A stretch of DNA of 64,000 nucleotides from Spirochaetia bacterium (GCA_965199955.1 CBDATQ010000002.1:1184001-1248000), one strand, 5' to 3'. Shown: positions 38,190-49,019, counted from the first letter of the stretch. The notes: generated by a model not told the origin, from the sequence alone. Program-made: numbers and translations.

Positions 38190-39323
38190 CTACAAGAATT
38201 TGGCGACCGCACCGCGTTCGGCGGTTGCACCGGCCGAATAGTGCGTGACCATGCGGGCCGTCTTCCAACCGCCGGCGAGCATCGTCTCGGTGACCGAAGC
38301 CCCCCGACGGGTGAGCTCCGAGGCGAGGCCGACCCGCCCCGAGTGACCGGTGACCCGACCTTCCACGCCCGCGGCCCGGGCAGCAGCGGCGAATCGACGC
38401 GCGATCGACGCCCCGTTGAGTCCTCCGAGCACCGGTCTAGTAGCCATGTCCGGTGAAGCCGGCCGGAGTTCCAGGACGGCGCGGGCGGCTCCTTCCTTGA
38501 GATACCGCACGTCGGCAGCAGTGCCTTCCTGATCGGTCTTGGAGCGGCCGATGCGGACCAGTACCCCTGTGCCGTCGGTGGCGAGCTCAACGTCACGCCA
38601 CGTGAGGGCGGCAGCTTCGCTTCTTCGTAGTCCACCTTGGAAGAGGAGCGCGGCGATCGCGCGATCGACGAGACCGCGGGCTTCGGCAGCCCCACCGGAC
38701 TCGACGCCTCGACCGGTTTTCCTGGGGTTGCACGCCGTGGCGAGTATCGCGGCGAAATCGTCCGCAGTGATCGCTTTCGCTTGGCCGGGGCCGCGACCAG
38801 CCGCTTGGCGGCGGAGCCCCGTGAGCGCACGGCGAACCACCTCGTGCGCCGTGGGGTCGGGTTCTCCGGCGTCCCGGTGGACCGCGCCGATGGCGGCGCG
38901 CGCGGCATTCAGCATTGCGGCGGAGGCGCCCTGCTCAGCCCGAGCGGCAAGATACGCAGCGACGGCTTCGGGCGCGGCAGGAAGGGCCGCGTGCGCCTTT
39001 GCAACGGCCCACTTGGTCCACGCGGACCATCCATAGTGATACTGCCGGCGAGTGCTGTCGGAGCGGCTTGCATCGATCGCCGCCACCACGCGGTCGTCGT
39101 CGCGATTTGTGGCGGAGTCGACGGGCCGTGTCGCCGCGAGGGGCGGCAGGAACGGATCCAACGCCGGAGCAAGGTCTCTGGCGTTGTGGTGCCCTGGATA
39201 AAGCGAGATCAGTGCCACCCACGCAACGGCACAGAAAACCCACACGGCGAACGAGAACGCCGATGCGAAAGCGTCCCACGCATCTCCATGCGCGGCAAGA
39301 AGAGATGGAATACAAGCTGCCAT
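38190..39323 (-). CDS. Cre-like tyrosine recombinase
   Basis: GLRRSE, SKTD, HSGR, GGW, HY catalytic set; SAM-like N-domain; true start uncertain. Confidence 0.9.
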   Translation of the reverse strand: MAACIPSLLAAHGDAWDAFASAFSFAVWVFCAVAWVALISLYPGHHNARDLAPALDPFLPPLAATRPVDSATNRDDDRVVAAIDASRSDSTRRQYHYGWSAWTKWAVAKAHAALPAAPEAVAAYLAARAEQGASAAMLNAARAAIGAVHRDAGEPDPTAHEVVRRALTGLRRQAAGRGPGQAKAITADDFAAILATACNPRKTGRGVESGGAAEARGLVDRAIAALLFQGGLRRSEAAALTWRDVELATDGTGVLVRIGRSKTDQEGTAADVRYLKEGAARAVLELRPASPDMATRPVLGGLNGASIARRFAAAARAAGVEGRVTGHSGRVGLASELTRRGASVTETMLAGGWKTARMVTHYSAGATAERGAVAKFL

Positions 39324-39419
39324 TCCAACATAGGCGAGCGCCGTATCCGATTGGTCAACCCCGACGGAACCTCCATACAGGGATCATAACTGCAATCTCG
39401 ATTCGATCATCTTGCGATC

Positions 39420-39585
39420 CCTCCATGGGTCTGTGCGGTCAGGGCAACCCAGTCACATCTCAGGTAACATATCAGAGGGCGGGGGGCCGGCGCAACCCGC
39501 AGCGGTCGGGCAACCCGGTCGGGATGTCGGCTCCCCGCCCATGGCTTGCCGAACACGCTCGGTATGGCGCACCTTCGGATGCGAA
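39420..39585 (+). promoter_or_regulatory. Structured 5' leader of the mgd operon
   Basis: 16-bp stem 39477-39492/39525-39540 with three G-U pairs, plus small hairpins. Confidence 0.45.
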
Positions 39586-40828
39586 CCGTGCCCCATCGAC
39601 TCCTCCGGTTCGCCCTGCAGCGGACCTACCGCGAACCGCGCATGTTCCGCGCGCCCGCCCGTCTCAAGCGCCGCTACGACGCGGTCGTCATCGGCGGCGG
39701 CGGACACGGGCTGGCGTGCGCCTACTATCTGGCGCGCGACCACGGCGTGCGCGACGTGGCGGTGCTCGAACGGAGTTACATCGGCGCGGGCGGCACCGGC
39801 CGCAACACCGCCATCGTCCGCTCCAACTACCTGACCCCGGAAGGGGTGAGCTTCTACGAGGAGAGCGTCCAGCTCTTCCGGCGCCTGTCCGCCGACCTGG
39901 ACTACAACCTGTTCTACAGCGAGCGCGGACACTTCACGCTCGCCCACACCGACTCGGCCGTGCGCACGATGCGGTGGCGGGCGGAGGTCAACAAGCACCT
40001 GGGCGTGGACAGCGAGCTGGTCGACCGGGAGTTCATCGCCCGCACCTGCCCGCTGCTCGACCTGGACTGCGGCCACGACATGCCGGTGATGGGCGCGCTC
40101 TGGCATCCGCCGGGAGCGATCGCCCGGCACAACGCGGTCGCCTGGGCCTACGCGCGCGGGGCCGACCGGCTCGGGGTGGAGATCCATCAGCACACGCCCG
40201 TGACCGGCCTGCGGCTCGAAGGCGACCGGGTCACCGGCGTGGAGACCGGCCGGGGCGTGATCGAGACCGACCGGGTGGTCAGCGCCGTCGCCGGGTACAC
40301 GCCGGCGATCACGGAGATGGCCGGGATCCGGACGCCGCTGGTCATCCATCCGCTGCAGGCGTGCGTGACCGAGCCGCTGAAGCCGTGGCTGGACGTGATC
40401 GTCGTCTCCGGGTCGTTCCACATCTACGTCAGCCAGTCCTCGCGCGGCGAGATGGTGATGGGGGCGTCGCTGGACCCATACGAGGTGCACTCGACGCGCT
40501 CGACGCTGGAGTTTGCCGAGGGGCTGTCCGCCCACGTGCTGGCGGTGTTTCCGCATCTCGGCGGGGTCAAGGTGCTGCGGCAATGGGCGGGTCTGGCCGA
40601 CATGACCCCGGACTTCTCGCCGATCATGGGACTGACCCCGGTGGACGGCTTCTTTCTGGACGCCGGCTGGGGCACCTGGGGGTTCAAGGCGACCCCGGTC
40701 AGCGGCAAGACCATGGCCTGGACCGTGGCGCACGGAAGCCCCACCCGCTGATCGAGCCGTTCCGGCTGTCGCGGTTCCGTGAGTACGAGCTGGTGGGAGA
40801 GAAGGGGGCGGCCTCCGTCGGCCACTGA
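39579..40828 (+). CDS. mgdA: N-methylglutamate dehydrogenase/sarcosine oxidase beta subunit, frameshift at ~40737
   Basis: GGGGHG, GRNTAIVRSNY, GWGTWGFKATP; conserved tail PHPLIEPFRLSRF...GAASVGH is in another frame. Confidence 0.85.
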
Positions 40829-40857
40829 GATGAAGGGCTTGGGATGAAGGGCCTGGC

Positions 40858-41115
40858 ATGAAGCTGCTGCGCTGTCCGGTGAACGGCGAACGGCCGTTGC
40901 AGGAGTTCGACTACGGGGGCGAGTACCGCCCGCAGCCGGACCCCGACGCGGTCTGTGACGAACGCTGGGCGTCGTACGTCTTCGACCGGGCCGGCGCCGC
41001 CGGCGTGCGGCGCGAGTGGTGGTACCACGTGCCCAGCGGCACCTGGTTCATCGCCGAGCGCGACACCGGCACCGACCGGGTCGCGCGGACCTACCTGCCG
41101 GACCGGCTGGCATGA
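40858..41115 (+). CDS. mgdB: NMG dehydrogenase/sarcosine oxidase delta subunit
   Basis: CPVNGER..EF.YGGE, EWWYH..SGTWF..ERDT. Confidence 0.88.
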   Translation: MKLLRCPVNGERPLQEFDYGGEYRPQPDPDAVCDERWASYVFDRAGAAGVRREWWYHVPSGTWFIAERDTGTDRVARTYLPDRLA

Positions 41116-43967
41116 GCTCGCCGACGGGCCGGCGCCTGACGCCACAACCAGGCGAGTGGATCGACCGGTCGCGCCCCATCTCCTTCCGTTTCGAGGGACG
41201 TCGCTACCGGGGCCTGCGCGGCGACACCGTCAGCTCGGCGCTGCTCGCGGCCGGCGTGCCGGTGCTCGGCCGCAGCTTCAAGTACCACCGGCCGCGCGGT
41301 GTGCTCAGCCTGTCCGGCGCGGATGCCAACGTGATGCTGCAGGGATCGGCCGGCACCAACCTGCGCGGTGACGAGACGCCGCTGACCGATGGTCTGGACG
41401 TGCGCGCGGTGAACACGCTCGGCGGCGTGCGCAGGGACCTGCTGTCGGTCCTGGGCTGGTTCTCCGCCTTCACGCCGGTCGGTTTCTACTACAAGGCGCT
41501 GCACACGCCGCGGGCGCTGTTCCCGTTCTACGAGCGGGCGCTGCGCAGTCTGGCCGGGTTGGGGCGGATCCGCGCCGACCACCGCGCGGCGCCGTCGCCT
41601 AAGGAGTACGCCTTCTGTGACGTGCTGGTCGTGGGCGCCGGGCCGGCCGGGGTGGCAGCCGCGAACGCCGCGGCCGCGAGCGGGGCGGAGGTGTTGCTTG
41701 CCGAGTCGAGCGAGCGGCTGGACGGCTGCGTCGGCGAGTCGGTGCGCAGCGGCGTCGACTGCCGTTTCGGCACCACCTGCGCCGGGGTGTACGACGACCT
41801 GTGGGTGGCGCTGGTCGACGACCGGAGGCTCACCAAGGTGCGCGCCCGTTCGCTGGTGGTCGCGGCCGGCTGTGAGGATCAGCCGGCCGTGTTCGGCAAC
41901 AACGACCTGCCGGGCGTGATGCTCGGCGAAGCCGCGCGCCGGCCGGTGGAGCGCTATGCGGTTCGCCCGGCGGAACAGCCTCTGGTGCTGACCGCCGGCA
42001 GCGGCGGCTACCGGCTGGCGGACGACCTGCGCGGTCGCGGCATCGGCATCGCCGCGGTGGTGGATCTCCGGGAGGAGGCGGCGGGGCGCCCGCCGCGAGG
42101 CGATCTGGAGGCGGCCGGCATCCCGGTCTTCCAGGGCCACGCGGTGGTGGAAGCCGTGCCGGCGCGGGGCGGCGCCGGCGTGCGCGCGGCGCTTATCCGC
42201 TCCGTCGACGCAGGCGGCCGTCCGACCGGCGCGGCGCGAACGGTCGCCTGCGGCGGCATCATCGTCTGCGTCGGCCGTTCCCCGCGTGACGGGCTGCTGC
42301 GGCAGGCCGGCGGCGCGATGGCGTACGATGAGCGGCTGCACCGGCACGTGCCGGACTCGCTGCCGGACGGCGTGTTCGCCGCGGGCAGCGTGGCCGGAGC
42401 GGATGGCGGGACCGCGGCGGCCGACGGGCGCCGCGCCGGCCATGCGGCGGCGGCCTGGCTCGGCCTGGCGTCGCACCCGGCGCCGGAGGGGCCTCCCGAT
42501 CGGGGCGCGTCCGAGTCCGGTCACCCGTATCCGGTGTTCGCGGGGCCGCACGCCAAGGCGTTCGTGGACCTCGACGAGGACCTGACCGTCGGCGACCTCG
42601 CGCACGCGGTGAAGGAGGGCTACGACGATGCGGAGCTGCTCAAGCGGTACGCGACGGTGGGCATGGGACCGAGCCAGGGCAAGCACGCCAGTGTCAACGC
42701 GCTGCGCGTGCTGGCGCGCCTGACCGGCCGCTCGCTCGGCGACTCCCGGCTCACGACCGCGCGGCCGTTCGCCAGCCCCGTGCCCATGGCGCACCTGGCC
42801 GGCCGCGGCTTCACGCCGGTCCAGCGCACGCCCGCGCACGACCGTCACGAGCGGCTGGGAGCGGAGATGATGTACGCCGGGACCTGGCTGCGGCCGGCCC
42901 GATATCCGCGCTCGGGCCTGGACCGGGAGGGCTGCATCGACGCCGAAGCGCGCGACGTTCGGTCGCGGGTCGGGCTGATCGACGTGGGCACGCTGGGCAA
43001 GCTGGAGATCTCGGGCGCGGATGCCGTGCGTTTCCTGGAGCGCATCTACACCGGGCGTTTTGCGAAGCTGCGAGTCGGCATGACCCGCTACGCGGTCATG
43101 TGCGACGAAACCGGCGTGGTGGTGGACGACGGCGTCATCGGCCGGCTCGGTGCGGAACGGTTCTACGTATCGACCACCTCGTCGGGCGCCGATCAGGTGT
43201 ATCGGGAGATGCAGCGGTGGGCCGCGGTCTGGCGGCTCGACGTCACGCTGGTGAACGCGACCAGCACCTACGGCGCCTTCAACGTCGCCGGCCCGTACGC
43301 GCGGCAGGTGCTGGCCGGGCTGACCGATGTCGACCTGTCGGCGGAGGCATTTCCCTATCTGGGCATCCGCGAAGGGGCGGTGGCGGGGGCGCCGGCGCGC
43401 CTGTCGCGGGTGGGCTTCGTCGGCGAGCTGGGCTACGAGGTCCACGTTCCGGCCGGCTTCGCCGCGGGCGTCTGGGACGAGTTGCTGCGCGCCGGAGAGC
43501 GGCACGGGATCGTCCCGTTCGGGGTGGAGGCGCAGCGGCTGCTGCGCCTGGAAAAGGGGCACCTGATCGTCAGCCAGGACACCGACGGCCTCACCGACCC
43601 GTTCGAGGCGCATCTGGGCTGGGCGGTGAAGCTCGACAAGCCGTTTTTCGTGGGCAAGCGGAGCCTCGAGATCATCGCCGCGAAGGCGCGGCGCCGCCGG
43701 CTGGCCGGGTTCGAGCTGCCGCCCGATGCGCCGGTGCCGCTGGAGAACCACCTGATCGTCGATGACGGCCGCGAGATCGTCGGCCGTGTCACCAGTGTCG
43801 GCCGCAGCGGCGCGGTGGGGCGCACGATCGGCCTGGCCTACGTGCCCGAGTCCGCAGCGGAAATCGGGTCCGCGCTGCAGATCAAGGGCGTAGGCGGTGA
43901 GATCATTGCGGCACGGGTTGCCGCAACGCCGTTCTTCGACCCGGAAGGCGTGAGGTTGAGGTCATGA
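41112..43967 (+). CDS. mgdC: NMG dehydrogenase/sarcosine oxidase alpha subunit
   Basis: GRSFKYHRPRG, KRYATVGMGPSQGK, GcvT-like GFVGELGYE, LRLEKG. Confidence 0.9.
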   Translation: MSSPTGRRLTPQPGEWIDRSRPISFRFEGRRYRGLRGDTVSSALLAAGVPVLGRSFKYHRPRGVLSLSGADANVMLQGSAGTNLRGDETPLTDGLDVRAVNTLGGVRRDLLSVLGWFSAFTPVGFYYKALHTPRALFPFYERALRSLAGLGRIRADHRAAPSPKEYAFCDVLVVGAGPAGVAAANAAAASGAEVLLAESSERLDGCVGESVRSGVDCRFGTTCAGVYDDLWVALVDDRRLTKVRARSLVVAAGCEDQPAVFGNNDLPGVMLGEAARRPVERYAVRPAEQPLVLTAGSGGYRLADDLRGRGIGIAAVVDLREEAAGRPPRGDLEAAGIPVFQGHAVVEAVPARGGAGVRAALIRSVDAGGRPTGAARTVACGGIIVCVGRSPRDGLLRQAGGAMAYDERLHRHVPDSLPDGVFAAGSVAGADGGTAAADGRRAGHAAAAWLGLASHPAPEGPPDRGASESGHPYPVFAGPHAKAFVDLDEDLTVGDLAHAVKEGYDDAELLKRYATVGMGPSQGKHASVNALRVLARLTGRSLGDSRLTTARPFASPVPMAHLAGRGFTPVQRTPAHDRHERLGAEMMYAGTWLRPARYPRSGLDREGCIDAEARDVRSRVGLIDVGTLGKLEISGADAVRFLERIYTGRFAKLRVGMTRYAVMCDETGVVVDDGVIGRLGAERFYVSTTSSGADQVYREMQRWAAVWRLDVTLVNATSTYGAFNVAGPYARQVLAGLTDVDLSAEAFPYLGIREGAVAGAPARLSRVGFVGELGYEVHVPAGFAAGVWDELLRAGERHGIVPFGVEAQRLLRLEKGHLIVSQDTDGLTDPFEAHLGWAVKLDKPFFVGKRSLEIIAAKARRRRLAGFELPPDAPVPLENHLIVDDGREIVGRVTSVGRSGAVGRTIGLAYVPESAAEIGSALQIKGVGGEIIAARVAATPFFDPEGVRLRS

Positions 43968-44674
43968 GGCCGCCGCCGGTGCGCCGCAGCGCGCGCCTTA
44001 GCGCCGTGCATGCGTGCCTGGAGCGCCTCGGCGCGGTCTGGGACGAGCGCGAGGGCGCTGTGCGCCCCATGCACTTCGGGGATCCGGAGGCGGAGGCCGC
44101 GATCGCGCCGGTGCTCGCCCTGGCGGACCGCGGCACGATTCCGCGCATCGGCCTGAAGGGGCCGGATGCCATAGGGTGGGCGCGCGCGCAGGGGATCCCG
44201 GTGCCGGACGAGATCTACGGCTGGACACGGGCGGACGGCGGCGGATTGAGCGTGCGTGTGGGAAGCGGCGAATTGTTCCTGGAGGGGCCGCACGCCGCCA
44301 CGGCCGAAGAAGGGCTGGCAGAAGCCCCGTCCGGAACTACCTGCTGGCCCGTGCGGCGCGAGGACGCTGCGTTCCTGTTGTGCGGTGAGCGTGCGCTCGA
44401 AGTGCTGGCGCAGGTATGCTCGTACGACTTCCGCGGCGCCGCCGGCACGTTCGTGATGACGCGGGTGGCGATGGTCTCCTGCTCGATCCTGGTTGAGGGA
44501 GGCTTGGCCGAGGTCGACGGGGAGGAAGACGCGGCCGGCGGTCCGGTTTACCATCTGTGGGCCGCCGCCAGCTACGGGCTCTACCTGTGGGACGAGTTGC
44601 TCGCGATCGTGCGGGACTGCGGCGGCGGCCCGGTGGGCGACGCGGCCCTGGTGGCGGTGCTGCCGGCCCGGTGA
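43964..44674 (+). CDS. mgdD: NMG dehydrogenase/sarcosine oxidase gamma-like subunit
   Basis: [24 protein letters not shown]; operon position. Confidence 0.75.
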   Translation: MRPPPVRRSARLSAVHACLERLGAVWDEREGAVRPMHFGDPEAEAAIAPVLALADRGTIPRIGLKGPDAIGWARAQGIPVPDEIYGWTRADGGGLSVRVGSGELFLEGPHAATAEEGLAEAPSGTTCWPVRREDAAFLLCGERALEVLAQVCSYDFRGAAGTFVMTRVAMVSCSILVEGGLAEVDGEEDAAGGPVYHLWAAASYGLYLWDELLAIVRDCGGGPVGDAALVAVLPAR

Positions 44675-44717
44675 ACGGGTGACCAGGTCAACCGACGACA
44701 GAGGACATGGTGAGGAC

Positions 44718-46052
44718 ATGACACGAGAGGACGCGCAGCAACTGCTCCGGCGGCGCGACGTGAAGTTCGTGCTCGCCCAGTTCGTGGACATGCACGGCGT
44801 CGCCAAGACCAAGGCGGTGCCCGTATCGCACTTCGACGACGTGCTCGCAGACGGCGCCGGCTTCGCCGGCTTCGCGGTGTGGGGGATGGGTCAGCAGCCG
44901 CACGACCCCGACTTCATGGCGGTGGGCGACCTGTCCACCCTGTCGCTGGTGCCGTGGCAGCCGGGCTACGCGCGCATCGTCTGCGACGGGCGGGTCAACG
45001 GGCAGCCTTGGCCGTACGACACCCGCCACGTGCTCAAGGAGCAGCTCCGGGGGCTCGGCGAGCGCGGGTGGACGCTGAACACGGGACTGGAGCCGGAGTT
45101 CATGCTGCTGCGCCGGGATGAGGACGGCGGCGTCCATCCCGCGGACGGCACCGACCTGCTCGACAAGCCATGCTACGACTACAAGGGGCTGTCGCGCAGC
45201 CGGCACTTCATCGAAAAGCTGGTCGCGTCCTTGCAGGAGGTGGGCTTCGACGTCTACCAGGTCGACCACGAAGACGCCAACGGCCAGTTCGAGATCAACT
45301 TCACCTACACGGAGGCGCTCACCTCGGCCGATCGCTACGTGTTCTTCCGCATGGCCGCCGGAGAGATCGCCCGCGAGCTGGGGATGATCTGCACGTTCAT
45401 GCCCAAGCCGATGTCCACCCGCACTGGCAGCGGCATGCATATCCACCTTTCGATCGCGGACGGGAACGGGACGTCGCTCTTCGAGGACGGATCCGACCGG
45501 CACGGGCTGGGGCTCTCGGAGCTGGCCTATCATTTCCTTGGCGGCCTGCTGCACCACGGACCGGGGCTCACCGCCCTGGTGGCGCCGTCGGTCAACTCCT
45601 ACAAGCGGCTGGTGGTCGGCCGTGCCCTGTCCGGCGCCACTTGGGCTCCCGCGCACATCGCCTACGGCGACAACAACCGGACGGCCATGGTGCGGGTCCC
45701 GCACGGCCACCTGGAGCTGCGCCTCAGCGATTCGAGCTGCAACCCGTACCTGGCCACCGCCGCCGTGCTGGCGGCCGGACTCGACGGCGTGGACCGCAAG
45801 CTCGATCCCGGCGATCCGCACAACCTCAACCTGTACGACTACACGCTGGAGCAGCTCAGGGAGATGGGCATCGGCACGCTGCCGCAGTCGCTGCGGGAGG
45901 CGCTGGACCGTCTGGATGCCGACCCGCTGTTCCGCGATCGGCTGGGCGCCGACGTGATCCGGGAGTTCATCGCCATCAAGGAGATGGAGTGGGTCGAGTA
46001 CCAGCGTCACGTCTCCGACTGGGAGATCGACCGCTACCTCGAGTACTACTAG
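44718..46052 (+). CDS. gmaS: Gamma-glutamylmethylamide synthetase (GS-like)
   Basis: [38 protein letters not shown] cluster context. Confidence 0.9.
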   Translation: MTREDAQQLLRRRDVKFVLAQFVDMHGVAKTKAVPVSHFDDVLADGAGFAGFAVWGMGQQPHDPDFMAVGDLSTLSLVPWQPGYARIVCDGRVNGQPWPYDTRHVLKEQLRGLGERGWTLNTGLEPEFMLLRRDEDGGVHPADGTDLLDKPCYDYKGLSRSRHFIEKLVASLQEVGFDVYQVDHEDANGQFEINFTYTEALTSADRYVFFRMAAGEIARELGMICTFMPKPMSTRTGSGMHIHLSIADGNGTSLFEDGSDRHGLGLSELAYHFLGGLLHHGPGLTALVAPSVNSYKRLVVGRALSGATWAPAHIAYGDNNRTAMVRVPHGHLELRLSDSSCNPYLATAAVLAAGLDGVDRKLDPGDPHNLNLYDYTLEQLREMGIGTLPQSLREALDRLDADPLFRDRLGADVIREFIAIKEMEWVEYQRHVSDWEIDRYLEYY

Positions 46053-46073
46053 CGGACCGGGGAGGCTTCAGAC

Positions 46074-46952
46074 ATGTGCGGTATCGTCGGTTTTGCGGCC
46101 AAGCGGCCTGCGGACCGCCAGCGGCTCGGCCGGCTCGTCGCGCCCATGCTCTCCTGCATGGGCGACCGCGGGCGGGATTCGGCCGGACTGGCGGTGTTCT
46201 CGGAGGACGGCGACCCGGAGCTCTACCGGTACAGCCTGTTCAGCGGAGCCGAGGTTGATTGGGACGACCTTGCCGGCCGCTTCCAGGGAGCGCGTGTCGA
46301 TGCGATCGGTCGCTGCGCCACGCTGTCCACCGCCGCGGCGCCGGACGCGGTCGAGTCCGAGATCGCCGCACGGCCGGAGCGGATCGACACCTTCGGCTAC
46401 GGCCGCCGCATGCGGGTCTACAAGGACGCCGGCCACCCGCGCGACCTGATCGCCACGTACCGCCTGGACCAGGTGCAGGGCTCCCACTGCGTCGGCCACA
46501 CCCGCATGGCCACCGAGTCGGCGGTCACCCCCGCGCACTCGCATCCGTTCACGGCCGGCGCCGACTTCTGCCTGGTGCACAACGGCTCCATCTCCAACCC
46601 GTGGCAGATCCGCCGCCGCCTGCGCCGCTTCGGCATCGAGTTCGAGACCGACAACGACACCGAAGCCGCGTGCCGGTACCTGCAGTGGCGGATGGGCGAG
46701 GGCGCGACGATCGAGGCGGCGATCGCCGAGGCGTTCGGCGACCTCGACGGGTTCTTCACGCTCCTGATCGGCACCGCCGACCGACTGGTCCTGGTGCGCG
46801 ACGCGTTTGCGTGCAAGCCGGCGGTGGCCGCGGAGACCGACGACTACGTCGCCATCGGCTCGGAGTTCCGGACGCTCGCGCACCTGCCGGGGATCGAGCA
46901 CGCCAACCTGTTCGAGCCCGCGCCGGAGGAGATCTATTCGTGGAGCGTATAG
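46074..46952 (+). CDS. mgsA: N-methylglutamate synthase subunit A (class II GATase, GlxB)
   Basis: MCGIVG, GHTRMATES, VHNG, RDAFACKP. Confidence 0.88.
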   Translation: MCGIVGFAAKRPADRQRLGRLVAPMLSCMGDRGRDSAGLAVFSEDGDPELYRYSLFSGAEVDWDDLAGRFQGARVDAIGRCATLSTAAAPDAVESEIAARPERIDTFGYGRRMRVYKDAGHPRDLIATYRLDQVQGSHCVGHTRMATESAVTPAHSHPFTAGADFCLVHNGSISNPWQIRRRLRRFGIEFETDNDTEAACRYLQWRMGEGATIEAAIAEAFGDLDGFFTLLIGTADRLVLVRDAFACKPAVAAETDDYVAIGSEFRTLAHLPGIEHANLFEPAPEEIYSWSV

Positions 46953-47653
46953 CTTCTGCCCTGACCTTCGACCTGGCGGAGTGCTCGGTCACCGAGGCGA
47001 ACCGCCGGCTGCATGCGCTCACCGATCCCGCCGCGGTCGAGATTCTGCATCCGCTCGGCCGCCACAACATCGCCTGCGGCCTGAACGCGCCGCTGGACGT
47101 GCATGTCCGCGGTCACTCCGGCTACTTCACCGCAGGGATGAACCAGCACGCGTCGGTCACCGTCCACGGCAACGTCGGCTGGAGCGTGGCGGAGAACATG
47201 ATGTCCGGAACGGTGCGCGTCGAAGGGTTTGCCTCCGAGTGCGCGGGAGCGTCCGCGCATGGCGGACTGCTGGTGATCGACGGCGACGCGTCGTCCCGGT
47301 GTGGGATCTCCCTGAAGGGCGGTGACATCGTCGTCGTCGGCAGCGTCGGCCACATGAGCGCCTTCATGGCGCAGGCGGGCCGGATCGTCGTCTGCGGTGA
47401 CGCCGGCGCGGGGCTCGGCGACTCGCTGTACGAGGCGGTGATCTACGTGGGTGGCCGCATCCACGGCCTGGGCGCCGACGCCCAGGTGGAGCCGTTGGGC
47501 GAGGAGGACCGGCAGGCGCTCGCCGAGATGCTCGGCCGCGCCGGCCGCGACGAGGATCCCGGGTCGTTCACCCGGGTTGCCTCCGCCAAACAGCTGTACC
47601 ACTGGAGCCCGGACTCGGAGCGCCTTGCCGGCGCGGCTCATGGCGATGACTGA
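46940..47653 (+). CDS. mgsB: N-methylglutamate synthase subunit B (GXGXG, GlxC)
   Basis: ENMMSG, ISLKG, FMAQAG, LGDSLYE; GTG start with GGAGG. Confidence 0.88.
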   Translation: MERIASALTFDLAECSVTEANRRLHALTDPAAVEILHPLGRHNIACGLNAPLDVHVRGHSGYFTAGMNQHASVTVHGNVGWSVAENMMSGTVRVEGFASECAGASAHGGLLVIDGDASSRCGISLKGGDIVVVGSVGHMSAFMAQAGRIVVCGDAGAGLGDSLYEAVIYVGGRIHGLGADAQVEPLGEEDRQALAEMLGRAGRDEDPGSFTRVASAKQLYHWSPDSERLAGAAHGDD

Positions 47654-49019
47654 ACCACCCGGCCCGGAGCCGCAGTGGCCCGGCGAGGTGAGCCACCACT
47701 ACGATCAGGCCACCCTCGACTACATCCAGCGCGCCGCCGAGACCGGCGTGTACGATATCCGCGGGCTTGGCGCCAAGCGGCGCGTGCCCAGCTTCGACGA
47801 TCTCACGTTCCTGACCGCGTCCATGTCGCGCTACCCGTTGGAGGGGTACCGCGAGCGGTGCTCCACCCGGACGGTGCTGGGCACGCGGCGCGCGGAGCAT
47901 CCGCTGACCCTGGCCACGCCGATCACCATCGCCGGCATGAGCTTCGGCTCGCTGTCGGCCAACGTGAAGGAGGCGCTGGGCCGCGCCGCCACCGCGGCCG
48001 GCACCTCGACCACCACCGGCGACGGAGGCATGACGCCGGAAGAGCGCCGTTCCTCCAAGACGCTGGTCTATCAGTGCCTGCCGTCGCGCTACGGCTTCAA
48101 CCCGGACGACCTGCGCCGCGCCGACGCGGTCGAGATCGTCATCGGCCAGGGCGCCAAGCCGGGCGGTGGCGGCATGCTGCTGGGACTCAAGGTCTCCGAA
48201 CGGGTCGCCCGGATGCGCACGCTGCCGGCCGGCATCGATCAGCGCTCAGCCTGCCGTCACCCCGACTGGGTGGGCCCGGACGACCTGGCGATCAAGATCG
48301 AGGAGCTGCGCGAGATCACGGACAACCGCATCCCGGTCTTCATCAAGATCGGCGCCACTCGCGTGCCTGACGACGTCAAGCTGTGCGTGAAGTCCGGAGC
48401 CGACGTGATCGTCCTGGACGGCATGCAGGGCGGCACCGCAGCCACCCAGCAGGTGTTCATCGAGCACGCAGGCATCCCGACCCTGCCGGCCGTGAGGCAG
48501 GCGGTGGAGGCGCTGGAGGAGGTCGACCCGGCGCGCGAGGTGCAGCTCGTGGTCTCCGGCGGCATCCGGTCGGGGGCTGACGTCGCCAAGGCGCTGGCCC
48601 TGGGTGCGGACGCGGTGTCGATCGGCCAGGCGGTGCTGATGGCGCTGGGCTGCAACAGCCCGACCTACGTCCGCGACGGCGCACGGATGGACGCCACCGC
48701 CGACTACCATCGCCTGGGAACCGCGCCGGGCCACTGTCACCAGTGCCAGACCGGGCTGTGCCCGGTGGGCGTGACCACGCAGGACCCGGAGTTGGAGCAG
48801 CGTCTGGATCCGGAGTGGGGCGCCCGGCGGGTGCGGAACTACATGGCGACCCTGACCATGGAGCTCGCCACGCTGGCGCGCGCCTGCGGCAAGTCGGACG
48901 TCCACCACCTGGAGCGCGAGGACCTTGTGGCGCTGACCGTGGAGGCGGCCGCGATGGCCCGAGTGCCGCTCGCGGGCACCCGCTGGATCCCGGGATCGGG
49001 CGGCCCCGATCGCTGTTAG
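47640..49019 (+). CDS. mgsC: N-methylglutamate synthase subunit C (FMN glutamate-synthase-like, GlxD)
   Basis: SRYPLEGYRE, MSFGSLS, GQGAKPGGGG, CHQCQTGLCPVG. Confidence 0.9.
   Translation: MAMTEPPGPEPQWPGEVSHHYDQATLDYIQRAAETGVYDIRGLGAKRRVPSFDDLTFLTASMSRYPLEGYRERCSTRTVLGTRRAEHPLTLATPITIAGMSFGSLSANVKEALGRAATAAGTSTTTGDGGMTPEERRSSKTLVYQCLPSRYGFNPDDLRRADAVEIVIGQGAKPGGGGMLLGLKVSERVARMRTLPAGIDQRSACRHPDWVGPDDLAIKIEELREITDNRIPVFIKIGATRVPDDVKLCVKSGADVIVLDGMQGGTAATQQVFIEHAGIPTLPAVRQAVEALEEVDPAREVQLVVSGGIRSGADVAKALALGADAVSIGQAVLMALGCNSPTYVRDGARMDATADYHRLGTAPGHCHQCQTGLCPVGVTTQDPELEQRLDPEWGARRVRNYMATLTMELATLARACGKSDVHHLEREDLVALTVEAAAMARVPLAGTRWIPGSGGPDRC

Noticed and set aside
39420..39480. Canonical glycine riboswitch
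   Set aside because: The GGAGA and CCGAAG core elements are absent; kept only as an unclassified structured leader.
39560..39600. tRNA-like 3' end on the minus strand (GGTTCGCATCC...CCA) next to the recombinase
   Set aside because: Only a 3-bp T-stem and no cloverleaf.
44718..46052. Housekeeping glutamine synthetase
   Set aside because: Motifs and mgs/mgd context indicate GmaS.
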